Below are positions 8,310-19,563 of a stretch of DNA of 64,000 nucleotides, piece after piece; the stretch's first letter is position 1, and each line of letters begins with the position of its first letter. The stretch spans positions 32,001 to 96,000 of IMG/VR virus record IMGVR_UViG_3300010998_000002, one strand, 5' to 3'. The notes below the pieces were generated by a model. That model worked only from the letters and a program-made list of their open reading frames with translations, was not told the DNA's origin and did not search any database. A program made the translations under genes and the position numbers. The DNA comes from a virus (taxonomy: Duplodnaviria > Caudoviricetes).

Positions 8310-10276
8310 TATAACTCCACTTCTCCGTAGAATTGTCGTTGTGGAAAATCGTATTCTCGGCGTTCAGGAATCCAATTATCTACTTTGGTTAAAAAGCCTA
8401 CTACTCTTGTATAAGTACCTGTTATTTTACCACCACAAATCGGACAAGCATCAACATTACCTACTGACATGTGATTATTTTCACAACATTGTAATACTAA
8501 ATTAACGGCAAAATATACAACACCTTCTTTAACACTAGCATAGATTAAATTCTGCATAACATCAACATCCTTAATCTCTTGGTCTATGTTAAGATGACAT
8601 ATTGCTCCACCAGAAAAATATCTGTCAAATAAAGCCTGTATTTTAATTCTATCAAACATATTTACTCTTTTAATTAAAGGAATAAACTGATTTGAATAAA
8701 GTGTATAATTTTCATTATAACCTAAAGCCTTATCTTTTTTAGCCAATTTCACAGATACATTTTCACCTGGAATTTGCTCGCAATTATGTGGTGCTTTATA
8801 TTTATCTTGTAACTCGGCATTAGTGGTATTAATTACATTAAGAATTTCAAGAACATAATCCTGTCCTTCCTTTGTAGTAATGTCATAACCTAATATTTCT
8901 AACGCTTCATATAAACCAATAACACCAAAAGTAGAATATTGTCTTTTAAGTTCCATATATCCTAATGAATATAATGGCTGGCTTCCTGCCTTAATTGTAC
9001 GTTTAATAATATTTCTTTTTGCCTGATTAACAGTTTGACAATCCAAAACCAAATCTTTTAATCTGTGTAAAAATTCATCTCTTGGATTTTCTGCCTGCCT
9101 TTTACAAATTGTAGCAAGTTGTGGAAGATTGCCTGTTGCAACTCCTAGACTACCAATTTTTGTACTACCCGAACCAAAAGAATTAAAATATTCTCCATTA
9201 TCTCTTTCACTTCTTAATCTGCAACACGAACTTAATGTTGAAGATTTGCCAGCATAAATATTAATAAATCCAAACTGTAAATTCTTTTTAGCGATAAATG
9301 CTAAAAATTCATCATCTTGAATTTCATTATTTTCATCAATAGAAAAACAAGCAGTTGTAACCGGAAATGTAATTGGTTTTCTTGCCATTTCTCTATTCAT
9401 AATATCTAAATAAATTTCTTGTGCCTTTTTAATATTTTCTTTTGTAGCAGAATATTTAACATCATCTATCATTAAAGAATAAGCATCGCCTTCAAGCATA
9501 CCATCAAGAAAATTATTATCATAAACAGATACGTTGCTAAATAATGATTGCGAACCACGATAAGGTTGATTTAAACGATAAATAAACCCTGTTAGCATTG
9601 ATTCCATATATTGCCAACAAGCATTATCATCAACCATAGGAACATGGGCATCTTTCTTTGTTTTTAACATTTTATCCATATAAATAGATATAACAATCAA
9701 AAGGTCTGCAAGTCCTGTAGCACCTAATGTTGAATTTCCGGCAATAAGTGAAAATAACTCAATTTGTCCTAAAAATGACATTAAGTTTTTAGGTGGCTCA
9801 CTTCCACCACGACCATCAAATACTCCTGGAATACCATTAACTGCTGTATCGTATGTGGAATAATTAAAGCAATATGCCATTGCAGAAGAAAATCCTGTAA
9901 AATCATTTATATACATTCTGCCTGTAATTTGACTTTCTACAATCCAATCTGCTTTTTCTTTAGTTTCGGTTTTCTTTACTTCTTTCCATAATCTATAATA
10001 ACTATTAATTAAATGAAAGGGTTTTGCCGTTTCAATCTTATGAGATATAACAGATTTATCCGTAACATTAGCATTGGCATCAACCGATACATCAGCGGTA
10101 GTCATTGCTTTAAAAAATTTCTTTGATGATTTTGAAATATCTAATTGACTTCCAATACCGTTTTCTTCAATTAAATCTGCGCCATATTTTTTTTCTAATC
10201 CTAGCATTAAATCTTTAAAATCTTTTTTGTACGATTGTGATTCTAAAAATTTCTGTAAATTTGTCTGTTTTGTCAT
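8309..10276 (-). CDS. nrdD: Class III anaerobic ribonucleotide reductase (no ATP cone)
   Basis: TFPVTT, SSCCRL, EQIPGE, SGGAICH, CPICG, TRVVGFL glycyl-radical motif. Confidence 0.93.
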   Translation of the reverse strand: MTKQTNLQKFLESQSYKKDFKDLMLGLEKKYGADLIEENGIGSQLDISKSSKKFFKAMTTADVSVDANANVTDKSVISHKIETAKPFHLINSYYRLWKEVKKTETKEKADWIVESQITGRMYINDFTGFSSAMAYCFNYSTYDTAVNGIPGVFDGRGGSEPPKNLMSFLGQIELFSLIAGNSTLGATGLADLLIVISIYMDKMLKTKKDAHVPMVDDNACWQYMESMLTGFIYRLNQPYRGSQSLFSNVSVYDNNFLDGMLEGDAYSLMIDDVKYSATKENIKKAQEIYLDIMNREMARKPITFPVTTACFSIDENNEIQDDEFLAFIAKKNLQFGFINIYAGKSSTLSSCCRLRSERDNGEYFNSFGSGSTKIGSLGVATGNLPQLATICKRQAENPRDEFLHRLKDLVLDCQTVNQAKRNIIKRTIKAGSQPLYSLGYMELKRQYSTFGVIGLYEALEILGYDITTKEGQDYVLEILNVINTTNAELQDKYKAPHNCEQIPGENVSVKLAKKDKALGYNENYTLYSNQFIPLIKRVNMFDRIKIQALFDRYFSGGAICHLNIDQEIKDVDVMQNLIYASVKEGVVYFAVNLVLQCCENNHMSVGNVDACPICGGKITGTYTRVVGFLTKVDNWIPERREYDFPQRQFYGEVEL

Positions 10277-10290
10277 CGTTTCCTTCTCTC

Positions 10291-10953
10291 TTACAAATAT
10301 TCTTGTATTCTATCTATATCCCCACTTCTTACTAAACTTTGTTTTAATAGCGCAAAATATTTATCTACAATTTTTTTGACAGCCATTCTTGATAATTTAT
10401 ATCTCGTTCCCAAACTACCAAAAGACGTTTTATCTAGCGATTTATCATCGCTAAATTGCCAATAGTCTTTGAAAATTTGCTTATGTAATGGTTTAGAAAA
10501 CGGCAAATTATCAATATGCTTGTTTAAAATATCATATAAAACTTTATTATCAATATTTTCAACAACGGCTTCATTTGAATAACCGTTATTAATCCAATCA
10601 AAAGCGGTACTATCTATAAATTCATTAATACCGATTTTAACCGAACTTTTAAAAACATCAGATAAATGATTACTTAAACAAGTTTTATAATATGTAGATA
10701 ATTGTGTATTTTTTGAAATATCAAAATTTTCTATACATTTAACCAAACAAATGCTGGCTTCCTGCATAGCATCCTCAAAAAATAAATCTTGATTTGCAAT
10801 TCTATTTAAACATTTCTTATAATAGTGGCATACTTCTCTTGCTTCATCAATTAAAGCGTTATAAATTACTTTAAAAATTTTTTCTTTATTTTCTTTACTT
10901 GGTGTTTCTTGATATAATAATGCTAATTTTTCGTTATTGCCCACTTTACTCAA
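10291..10953 (-). CDS. Sigma70-family RNA polymerase sigma-like factor
   Basis: Region 2-like EDAMQEASICLVKCIENFDISKNTQLSTY; region 4-like HTH SFGSLGTRYKLSRMAVKKI. Confidence 0.75.
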   Translation of the reverse strand: MSKVGNNEKLALLYQETPSKENKEKIFKVIYNALIDEAREVCHYYKKCLNRIANQDLFFEDAMQEASICLVKCIENFDISKNTQLSTYYKTCLSNHLSDVFKSSVKIGINEFIDSTAFDWINNGYSNEAVVENIDNKVLYDILNKHIDNLPFSKPLHKQIFKDYWQFSDDKSLDKTSFGSLGTRYKLSRMAVKKIVDKYFALLKQSLVRSGDIDRIQEYL

Positions 10954-10961
10954 TCATCCTC

Positions 10962-13900
10962 TTAACTCACAACGGTCATATTATACTCAACCATAAAACT
11001 ACTTATACTTTGTAAATCTTGAATCCAATAATCAATTTTAGTAGTATATTTATTATCACCACAAATAATATTTAGTCGGTAATTTATATCCTCTAATTCT
11101 ATTATACTTGATTCTTTAATTTTTGTCAATACAGTTCTTAAACTCTCTTGTGGTATGTCTGCCCTTAATACAATTTCGCTATCTCTTGCAGTATTAAAGT
11201 ATCTTATACCTTCAAGTTTAAAATTATCTTCATATTTTTCTGGTGCATAAGATTTATTTAAGTAACCTATTATACGAAAATAATTACTTGGTTGATTTAA
11301 TTTATCTTCTAATTTAACATAAGTTTCACGTTTCATAAATGTAGTAATTTCATCACTATCATCTGTTAAAACTGCAAAATATGAACCATTACGAGTTCTT
11401 TTGATACTCTTTACCCTACCCATAAAATAAAATAATGATGTATAATCTTTACTACTTTTAATATCATAAATACTATCACTATCTATAAAATCTTGCATCG
11501 CAATTATTTCTTTTTTGGGATTATGTGAAATCGGAAAACCTAAAATCTCCATTTCATTTTCTTTTAAAACCGGAATACTAGGTTTTGTGCCTTCGCTATT
11601 TTTAAAAGATTTAATACCTACTTGAATAAATTGTTCTAACTTATCTTTTAATTCTTGCTTTTTATCTTTATCTTCTTTCTTTGTACCCTTAATATCTTTT
11701 ATAGATTGTTCAATTTGTTTATATGAATCATTATTTTTTAATACACTTTCAACATAACATCTAATCAAACAATCATAATAAGCAATATTGCCTTTTTTAT
11801 AATCGGCTTTTGATTTAGCCTTTGTTGAAAATTCAAGCACCGGAAGGTACTTATATGGGTTATTCTCTATACTATTAAATGCACCACACTTAATTAAGGC
11901 TTCTACAACAGACTTATTGATACTTGGCATACGATTCAATAAATTCTCTAAATTTTGGAACTCACCATTTTTTCTCTCTGCCAAAATAGGCTCTATACTT
12001 GAATTTCCGACACCCTTAATTCCATTAAAGCCAAAAATTATAGCATTCTTTTCTTCATCATGTTCAAAACTATAACTTGATTTATTAACATCTGGTGCTA
12101 CAACATCAATACCTAAACGATAACATTCATCAATATATGGATTAAGTTTATCTAAAGAATCAGAGTTGGCATTTAATAAAGCCGTCATATATTGTAACGG
12201 ATAATTTGCCTTTAAATATGCCGTTACATAAGATAATGCAGAATAAGCAAAACTATGACTTGCATTAAAACCATAACGACCAAATTTTTCTATCATATCA
12301 AAAACTTCATTTGCTTTTTGTTCTGAATGTCCATTAGCGATACAGCCATTAACAAAATGCTCTCTTTCTTTTGGTAATTTATCAATAAGTTTTTTACCGA
12401 CAATTTTTCTTAAACCATCGGCTTCCGGCATTGTATAACCAGCCATAACTTGTGATAATTGCATTAAATTTTCTTGATAAATAAAAAGTCCTAATGTATC
12501 TTTTAAATAATCTTCCATACCAGGAACAACATAATCAATTTTTTCTTTGCCGTTACGTCTATCAATAAAACTTTGTGTCAAGCCACTTTCTAATGCACCA
12601 GGTCTTGCGCCGGCATTAATAACCGATAAATCTGCCAATGTTGTAGGCTTGATTTCTCGGCATAAATGTTTCATTATATCAGATTCTAACTGAAACACAC
12701 CGCCTGTATTGCCGGCAGATATTAAATCAAATGTTTTTTTATCATCAAAAGTTATATCTTTAAAATTAAATTTCTTATCACCTAATCTATTCATAGCATC
12801 TTTAACGATAGATAAGTTTTTTAATCCTAAAATATCAAGTTTTAATAATTTTAAATCTCCATCAATTTCTGTCATTTCAAATGCAGAACAGTTGATTTTC
12901 TTTCCACTAGCATCTTCTATCCACATGACAGGTGTCAAATTTTCTAATGGCTGATTAGAAATTACAACTCCGGCCGCATGAACCCCACGTTTATCAATAC
13001 CACCTTCTAATTTTTTTGCAACATCAATAATTTGCGCAAATAAACTATCGGTTTTATACATTTTTTGTAATTCTTCCGATTGAGCAATATTCTCATCAAG
13101 AGATAAATTTGTATCTAATAACTCTTGCGAAATTCTATTTGCTTCAACAAATGGCATTTCTAATACACTTGCAACAGCCTTAAACGATGCTACACTTGTC
13201 AAACTACCATAAGTTGCAATATTACATACTCGTTCTTTTGTATATGTTTTTTCAATATAATCAATAACTTTTCCACGATTTATATCTTCCACATCACAAT
13301 CCACATCGGGCGCTGATATACGTTCCGGATTTATAAATCTTTCAAAAAGTAATTTATGTTCTATCGGGTCTAAATGTGTTACATAAAGACAATAAAGAAC
13401 TAATGAGCCTGCTCCAGAGCCACGACCAAAGCCTGTGGCAATATCGGCTTCATCCATAAATTTATATAAATCATGCAATACAAGAAAATAATCGGTAAAA
13501 CCAATTTTATAAATTGTTTCCAACTCATATTTTAATCGTGCAACATATTGTTGCATATTTATATTTTTACCGGCAAATCTTTTCTTAAATCCTTCTTGTG
13601 CTAATTGCATTAATTTCTGTAATGATTCTTTTTTATCGCCAAAAGTCGGATAATTATATTGATGTTGTAAAATATCATAATTTTCAATTTTATTATAAAT
13701 TTCTTCCGAACTTGCTAAAACTTCATTAAAAATATCTTCACCCAAATAAGAGATTGCCTGTCGCATTTCTTCTGTATTTTTTAAATAAAATTCATCAGTT
13801 TCAAAATTCATTCTATTCGTATCTGATATTTTTTTATGAGTTTGTTTACATAATAAAACTTCATGCGCAAAACTATCTTCTTTTTTTGCATAATGAGAGT

Positions 13901-14495
13901 CGTTTGTTGCAATGAGTTTTATTCCATATTTTTTTGCAAGTTGCACCAAAATCATATTAACAGGTTTTTGTTGTTTTAATTTATGGTCTTGTAATTCTAA
14001 ATAAAAATCATCACCAAATATTGACTTAAACTTTTTTAAATACTCGTCAATTTTTGGCATATTTTGAGCAATAATCATTTTAGGAATAATGCCAGCCAAA
14101 CAAGCACTACAAGCAATTAAACCTTCGGAATATTTTGCCAAATCGTCAAAAGTTATCCTATTTTTATAATAAAAATTATAATAAGACAAATTATGTAACT
14201 TAATCAAGTTTAACCAACCCTGCTTATTTTTAGCCAATAAGACTAGGTGATAATTATCTCTAGTTTGATTTTCTAAATCTAAAGTCATATAGGCTTCCAT
14301 GCCTAAAATTGGTTTAATTTCCTGTTTATTGCATTCTTTATAAAATTTTATTGCGCCAGCCAAAGACCCGTGGTCTGTAATGGCTAATGCAGGCATATTG
14401 TTATCTTTACCCCATTGCACATAATCTTCAACTTTAATTAAAGCATCCAATAAACTATAGCATGTATGTGTATGTAATGGTATTAATTCTGACAT
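10962..14495 (-). CDS. dnaE: DNA polymerase III alpha subunit
   Basis: PHP HTHTCYSLLD, AITDHG; GRGSGAGSLV, FERFINPER, PDVDCD, KLDILGL, YGFNASHS. Confidence 0.97.
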   Translation of the reverse strand: MSELIPLHTHTCYSLLDALIKVEDYVQWGKDNNMPALAITDHGSLAGAIKFYKECNKQEIKPILGMEAYMTLDLENQTRDNYHLVLLAKNKQGWLNLIKLHNLSYYNFYYKNRITFDDLAKYSEGLIACSACLAGIIPKMIIAQNMPKIDEYLKKFKSIFGDDFYLELQDHKLKQQKPVNMILVQLAKKYGIKLIATNDSHYAKKEDSFAHEVLLCKQTHKKISDTNRMNFETDEFYLKNTEEMRQAISYLGEDIFNEVLASSEEIYNKIENYDILQHQYNYPTFGDKKESLQKLMQLAQEGFKKRFAGKNINMQQYVARLKYELETIYKIGFTDYFLVLHDLYKFMDEADIATGFGRGSGAGSLVLYCLYVTHLDPIEHKLLFERFINPERISAPDVDCDVEDINRGKVIDYIEKTYTKERVCNIATYGSLTSVASFKAVASVLEMPFVEANRISQELLDTNLSLDENIAQSEELQKMYKTDSLFAQIIDVAKKLEGGIDKRGVHAAGVVISNQPLENLTPVMWIEDASGKKINCSAFEMTEIDGDLKLLKLDILGLKNLSIVKDAMNRLGDKKFNFKDITFDDKKTFDLISAGNTGGVFQLESDIMKHLCREIKPTTLADLSVINAGARPGALESGLTQSFIDRRNGKEKIDYVVPGMEDYLKDTLGLFIYQENLMQLSQVMAGYTMPEADGLRKIVGKKLIDKLPKEREHFVNGCIANGHSEQKANEVFDMIEKFGRYGFNASHSFAYSALSYVTAYLKANYPLQYMTALLNANSDSLDKLNPYIDECYRLGIDVVAPDVNKSSYSFEHDEEKNAIIFGFNGIKGVGNSSIEPILAERKNGEFQNLENLLNRMPSINKSVVEALIKCGAFNSIENNPYKYLPVLEFSTKAKSKADYKKGNIAYYDCLIRCYVESVLKNNDSYKQIEQSIKDIKGTKKEDKDKKQELKDKLEQFIQVGIKSFKNSEGTKPSIPVLKENEMEILGFPISHNPKKEIIAMQDFIDSDSIYDIKSSKDYTSLFYFMGRVKSIKRTRNGSYFAVLTDDSDEITTFMKRETYVKLEDKLNQPSNYFRIIGYLNKSYAPEKYEDNFKLEGIRYFNTARDSEIVLRADIPQESLRTVLTKIKESSIIELEDINYRLNIICGDNKYTTKIDYWIQDLQSISSFMVEYNMTVVS

Positions 14496-14636
14496 ATCTT
14501 CCTCTTTCTTCCTATAAGTATTCTATCATACTATAAGTATAAAGTCAATATAAAGAAAAGACACATCCTAAAGAGAATATGTCCTACATAATTTTTCTAA
14601 AAAACATTTACCACTAATATATTACCATATCTTATA

Positions 14637-15155
14637 CTAATTGTCAAGAGTAGAATATTTAGTATAATGTATTGCTTTAATTCCATTAGCACGATACATT
14701 TCTACGTTACGAATATCATCATCTATTGCCAAATCAATAAAAACTTTAGGTATAATATGAGTATGTAAAATATTATTTTTTACTTCGGCAGTAGGTGAAT
14801 AATCACAAGTATTTCTCATATAAAGATATTTTTTAATCCTATTCCAACCTTTAATATTTCTAAATACTGCATTTAATTGACCTTCCGTAATTTCTCGCAT
14901 TTTATGTATATCTTCTCTAGCAGTAATAAAATAAATATTTTGCAAACCTTTTTTAATAAGAATATCAATAAAATCTATCATATCGGCATTTTCACTCACA
15001 AGATAATAATGGTCGTGGTATCTATCCCAACCTTCTCTAGTATTATCTATTGGAATATATTTTTCCCATTCCCTGCTATCTAAAACACAATTATCAATAT
15101 CTAAAATTAAATTTTTAATATTATCTGGTACGATTTCACCATTTAACTTAACCAT
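14637..15155 (-). CDS. HAD-family phosphatase (PNKP phosphatase-like)
   Basis: LILDIDNC, FITAR, LYMR, AIDDD. Confidence 0.75.
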   Translation of the reverse strand: MVKLNGEIVPDNIKNLILDIDNCVLDSREWEKYIPIDNTREGWDRYHDHYYLVSENADMIDFIDILIKKGLQNIYFITAREDIHKMREITEGQLNAVFRNIKGWNRIKKYLYMRNTCDYSPTAEVKNNILHTHIIPKVFIDLAIDDDIRNVEMYRANGIKAIHYTKYSTLDN

Positions 15156-15750
15156 TTTTCCAGCCTTCCTTTATTAAAATACTCTCACGATTTTCATCTA
15201 TGTTATGATAAATTTTTCGCATATTCATAACATCATATAAATTCATTATTTGCATATTATTAGCATCTAAACCTATATCCATTGCCCTTAAAAATGGTTT
15301 GATTTTTCCATGCGTATGTCCGAAACAATGAAAAGCATCTTGGTAAAACCCTTCCCATTCTAATAATGGTAAATGTTGCAAATGAAACAAATTATCATTC
15401 CACCGAATTTTATAAGCCTGTTTACAATCTTGAATCACGCCCATTTGCCATAATTTTCGCAACTGTTTTTCTTTATCATGATTGCCAATGCTAACTTTTA
15501 TTATAGGTGTTAATGACCGGATAAATTTTATTAACTCCTCATCTTCATCCTTAAAACCAATATCGCCTAAAATATAAAGTGTAGCACTTTTACTCTTAAT
15601 CGTTGAATTAATAATATTCCTTATATATTGTGTATGCTCCTGCGGATTACTAAAACCTCTTAAAGAAATAGTCCTATTAATAATATTAGACAAATGCAAA
15701 TCTGCCGTAACATATATATCTTCAAAATTATGTAATGTATTAAATCCCAT
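15148..15750 (-). CDS. Calcineurin-like metallophosphoesterase
   Basis: ADLH, ILGD, GNHD, HLP, GHTH. Confidence 0.88.
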   Translation of the reverse strand: MGFNTLHNFEDIYVTADLHLSNIINRTISLRGFSNPQEHTQYIRNIINSTIKSKSATLYILGDIGFKDEDEELIKFIRSLTPIIKVSIGNHDKEKQLRKLWQMGVIQDCKQAYKIRWNDNLFHLQHLPLLEWEGFYQDAFHCFGHTHGKIKPFLRAMDIGLDANNMQIMNLYDVMNMRKIYHNIDENRESILIKEGWKNG

Positions 15751-16154
15751 TAATTACTCTCTTTCGGAATATTATCAACTCTAATAACATGCACGATTCT
15801 TTCACCGTTTTTAGCAATATTAATTGTATGCTTTGTACCCTTACTAATACCATTCCAAAATGCTATTACCATATCAGCATGTCTTACAATATCATGATTT
15901 CTTAAATAACCGGCACACTTACCATGACTATGCCATTTTGCTCTATAAATTTCTTTGGCATAATTATATTTATCTGCAAATTGTTCGGCTAATGTATCAA
16001 CCCCTCTTGCACCACCAGAAACAATAATAAATTCTAAATCTTCTTTTGGCATCAATTCTTTAACTTTAGATTCTACATAATCATAATTATTAAAATCTCT
16101 ACTGCCAATAATCGCTATTCTATATTCCATAAGCGAACTCCAGCAATTCATCAA
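15750..16154 (-). CDS. SLOG-family (DUF2493/YspA-like) protein
   Basis: IIGSRDF, SGGARGVD, AGYLRN, AFWNGISKGT. Confidence 0.85.
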   Translation of the reverse strand: MMNCWSSLMEYRIAIIGSRDFNNYDYVESKVKELMPKEDLEFIIVSGGARGVDTLAEQFADKYNYAKEIYRAKWHSHGKCAGYLRNHDIVRHADMVIAFWNGISKGTKHTINIAKNGERIVHVIRVDNIPKESN

Positions 16155-17646
16155 CCGCCCTATGCTCTAATTTATTTTTTGCTCTTGTGCAAGCAACATA
16201 TAGCAAATTTGCTTCATCCGGACTTGACATAGACCATCTATCACCATCGGCAATTTTTACCCATGACCATTCTAAACCCTTTGACCTATGCGCTGTAATA
16301 AGCGTATATTCTCTATCAGGATTTTCACAATCTTCTGACTTTCTTAATCTTTCTAAAACATCAATTAAATTATGTGCATTAAGAATAAAGAAATCAAAGA
16401 ATTTTTTAAAATCTAAACTTAAAACATTACTATTTCTAACTAAATAAGGATATAAATCAAAACCTTCTTTTTTTGCTATATTCACATAAGCATCTACATT
16501 TTTTGAACGTCTAATTTTAAATTTAGAACGATATACTTCTAAATCATCTTCACAACCAGATTTACTTGCTAATAATTGGTCGTAAAAATACAACATTTCT
16601 GCAAATGCTTCCTCAAAACAATCTGAATTAGTGCCATTAACAACATCCATAAAATGTACTTTGATATTATCTACTTCCTTCATTAAATTAACAGCATATT
16701 CAAACATACAAGAATTTGTCCTAAATAAGACGGTTTTCTTTGTTGTATCTTCAACATCTATTTTGTTATGAAAATTCTTAATTGAACCAGGCTTAAATTC
16801 TTTATATTTTTGTGCTAATATTTTATTAGCAATTTCGCACACTTCATCATTAAACCTAAATGATATAGTTAATGGAAGCGTGATACCATCAAATTTATCC
16901 ATAGAATTGATAGCATGATTCCATTGATAAATCTGCTGATATTTATCTCCAACTATCCAAATTTTTTCTCGTTGAACTCTTTTAATAATGCTTAACATAA
17001 AAGGGTTTAAATCTTGACTTTCGTCTAAAAACACATATTTATAACCTTTTACGGTATCTGCTGTATTAAGTGCGTATTCTTTAAGATACATATTATGGGT
17101 AAATTTCCCATGATTAAGAAAATAGGTATATAAATCTTTAAAAAATTTTATTTCATAACTTTTTAAATAATTGCTTTCTAATCCATATTTTTTGCTATCA
17201 CCAGATAATAAAGTTTCACAAAATGTATCTAAATCATCAAAAGTTGCGCAATAAGAGTTTAACATATCAAGCACATTTTTATATTTTGCATATTTATAAG
17301 ATGTGTTTAAATTTTTTACTTTCATATAATCTGCATAATCTAAACTCGGCATTACTTCAATATCGCCACCACGCAACAACGAAAAACGTCTTAATGCAAA
17401 AGAATGAGTTGTATAGCATTCAACATTCAAATCTAAACTATCAAATTTTCGTTTAGAATCTTCAACCATTGATTTATTAAAAACCAAATATAAAATTTTA
17501 ACTCCTGGTTGTGTTTTTCTAATTTCTTTAACTATTTCTACTAACGTAGAAGTTTTACCAGAACCGGCAAAAGCATTAATTTTAATCGTATCTTCTTTAC
17601 CATATATTGTATTTACTATGTCCTTTTGCTCTTGGGTTAATTCCAT
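16120..17646 (-). CDS. UvrD/Rep-like SF1 helicase
   Basis: AFAGSGKT, DESQD, VGDKYQQIY, SFRF, TAHRSKGLEW, LYVACTRA. Confidence 0.92.
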   Translation of the reverse strand: MELTQEQKDIVNTIYGKEDTIKINAFAGSGKTSTLVEIVKEIRKTQPGVKILYLVFNKSMVEDSKRKFDSLDLNVECYTTHSFALRRFSLLRGGDIEVMPSLDYADYMKVKNLNTSYKYAKYKNVLDMLNSYCATFDDLDTFCETLLSGDSKKYGLESNYLKSYEIKFFKDLYTYFLNHGKFTHNMYLKEYALNTADTVKGYKYVFLDESQDLNPFMLSIIKRVQREKIWIVGDKYQQIYQWNHAINSMDKFDGITLPLTISFRFNDEVCEIANKILAQKYKEFKPGSIKNFHNKIDVEDTTKKTVLFRTNSCMFEYAVNLMKEVDNIKVHFMDVVNGTNSDCFEEAFAEMLYFYDQLLASKSGCEDDLEVYRSKFKIRRSKNVDAYVNIAKKEGFDLYPYLVRNSNVLSLDFKKFFDFFILNAHNLIDVLERLRKSEDCENPDREYTLITAHRSKGLEWSWVKIADGDRWSMSSPDEANLLYVACTRAKNKLEHRAVDELLEFAYGI

Positions 17647-17648
17647 CT

Positions 17649-17915
17649 CTATCCTTCTTTCTTCATTTTCTGCTCTCTTGCAATTTCTCTTGCTCGTTGT
17701 TCAACACATTGCTTACAAAACCAAAATTCTGCCCCTGTATTTTTATCAACATGCTTCATAAGATTATAAACATTGCCACATTTTTGACATCTAATTTGTC
17801 GTGGAATTGGTCTATATTTTGCACTTCTATAAGGTTTTGTGCCTTTTTCATATTTATCAATAGCCTTTTCTTCCATTTCGGCTATTTGTTCTTTATCTAA
17901 TTTCTTTTCTTCCAT
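17649..17915 (-). CDS. Small Zn-finger protein
   Basis: CQKC...CKQC; GGAG RBS. Confidence 0.65.
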   Translation of the reverse strand: MEEKKLDKEQIAEMEEKAIDKYEKGTKPYRSAKYRPIPRQIRCQKCGNVYNLMKHVDKNTGAEFWFCKQCVEQRAREIAREQKMKKEG

Positions 17916-17972
17916 AACTCTCTCCTATGCCATAATTATACTACAAATTAATATATAATGTCAATAGTATAA

Positions 17973-18563
17973 TTATAACCTATTCAAATCATCTCTGGTA
18001 ATTCTATCACCATCTTTAAAACCTAATTCTAATAATCTTTGCGCCATTTTTTCACTTTCATGAGTATTATCTGCATCATATCTTTCACTATGATAATCAC
18101 AAAAAGTTATTTTAACTTCGGCTTTCCAACTGTTTGATAATAATGATTCTAATTCATTTTTATATCTAGCATCAGAAATACAAATATTATTATAACCCAT
18201 AGATATTGCACGTTCTATTTTTGCTTGATGTTGCTTTACCCAAAAATCAGGGTCTATTTCACGCATAGTTGCACCAATTCTTTGTAATAATAAACGACCA
18301 TTAATTTTACCATATCTCGGAACAAAAAACTTACCCTTTTTAAATAAATCATATTCTTCTGCATTTTCCGGTTGCCAATCCAACATTTTCCACACCATAT
18401 CTCTTAAACAATCGGCAAAATCAATTTGAATAAAATCTTCATTATCTATTAATTGTTGGCACGAATAACCCTTACCACTTCCCATTACTCCACAAAAAGC
18501 ATAAATCTTAACCAAATGAATACCTACCTTTCTTTTCCAATTTATTAACAAATCTCCAAACAT
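17973..18563 (-). CDS. Deoxynucleoside monophosphate kinase (T4 gp1-like)
   Basis: GVMGSGK, DFADCLR, RLLLQRIG, DFWV, ISDARYKNE, HESE. Confidence 0.85.
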   Translation of the reverse strand: MFGDLLINWKRKVGIHLVKIYAFCGVMGSGKGYSCQQLIDNEDFIQIDFADCLRDMVWKMLDWQPENAEEYDLFKKGKFFVPRYGKINGRLLLQRIGATMREIDPDFWVKQHQAKIERAISMGYNNICISDARYKNELESLLSNSWKAEVKITFCDYHSERYDADNTHESEKMAQRLLELGFKDGDRITRDDLNRL

Positions 18564-19198
18564 TCTCTTTCTCCTACCAAACTTAATAAAATTGCTTCGG
18601 CTATATTATCATCTTCTTTTTTGCAACCCTTACGAATTAAAAAATCTTCGGCATTTTTAAAATTATCTTTACAAAATTGAATACTTTGTATTTTAATTTC
18701 TTCTCGTTTTTCTTTTTGAGTTTTAGTTGTTAATTTATAATCAAATAATTTATGCCATTGAGTAGGTGAATATAACTTATACGATAACTCCAATATTGAA
18801 CATATAGTGGTATAAACACCTAAAGTCTGTGCATTTGCAAAAATAGCATCAATAGATGTCGCCAATCCAGATACTTGTCGTATTGGTTCTTCTATTATAA
18901 CCTCTTGGATATTATCCTTATATTGCAATAAAAAATCATATATCGCCTTATAGTTCCTAATGGCTCGTCTTTTTAACGCCTTTTTTTCTGCTTTTAATAT
19001 CTTGATTTTTGTCTTTGTTTTTTCTTGCGTTTCCAAAAACTTAATTTTAGCATCTATTAATTTTTCAGCATTTTTATCGTATTCTCTATCCGGATATTTG
19101 AATACATTTACAATTTTATCTCCACATGTAACAGCAACACAACCTGTAGTAGCCGTATCAATCCCTACCCGAAAAATCCTTTTATTTTCTTCGCACAT
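18545..19198 (-). CDS. RuvC-like Holliday junction resolvase
   Basis: VGIDTATTG, IIEE, SPTQW, DNIAEAILL. Confidence 0.75.
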   Translation of the reverse strand: MCEENKRIFRVGIDTATTGCVAVTCGDKIVNVFKYPDREYDKNAEKLIDAKIKFLETQEKTKTKIKILKAEKKALKRRAIRNYKAIYDFLLQYKDNIQEVIIEEPIRQVSGLATSIDAIFANAQTLGVYTTICSILELSYKLYSPTQWHKLFDYKLTTKTQKEKREEIKIQSIQFCKDNFKNAEDFLIRKGCKKEDDNIAEAILLSLVGERECLEIC

Positions 19199-19563
19199 TT
19201 ATTTTTAAAATTTCTCCAACCTTCTCGCACTTCGTACTTAAACACTACAACTGCATCTTGAATAGCATTTTTTAATTCAATCTTTGACATTTTTAAAGTA
19301 TTTTCAAACATTCTATAAAAAAGGTTTACATACTCCTCTATCTCACTAACCGTCATGGTTTCGGCTTCATACCCATAATAAGTTTTCAAATGCCACTTCT
19401 CTCTGTCAGAAATATGTAAACCATTTTCTATTTTATAAAAAAGTATTGATAAATACTCATAACTATCTATACCAACAAATTGTCGTATTAAATCAATTTT
19501 ATTATTTTGTTCTGCATCAAACGCTTCAATATATACCTTATTTTTCATTGGGCGCAACTCCAC
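19165..19563 (-). CDS. Hypothetical protein
   Basis: ORF coupled to dnaB. Confidence 0.6.
   Translation of the reverse strand: MELRPMKNKVYIEAFDAEQNNKIDLIRQFVGIDSYEYLSILFYKIENGLHISDREKWHLKTYYGYEAETMTVSEIEEYVNLFYRMFENTLKMSKIELKNAIQDAVVVFKYEVREGWRNFKNKCAKKIKGFFG

Noticed and set aside
10962-14495. Intein or intron in dnaE, nrdD, dnaB or terL
   Set aside because: Lengths are normal and no splice-junction or LAGLIDADG motifs were seen.
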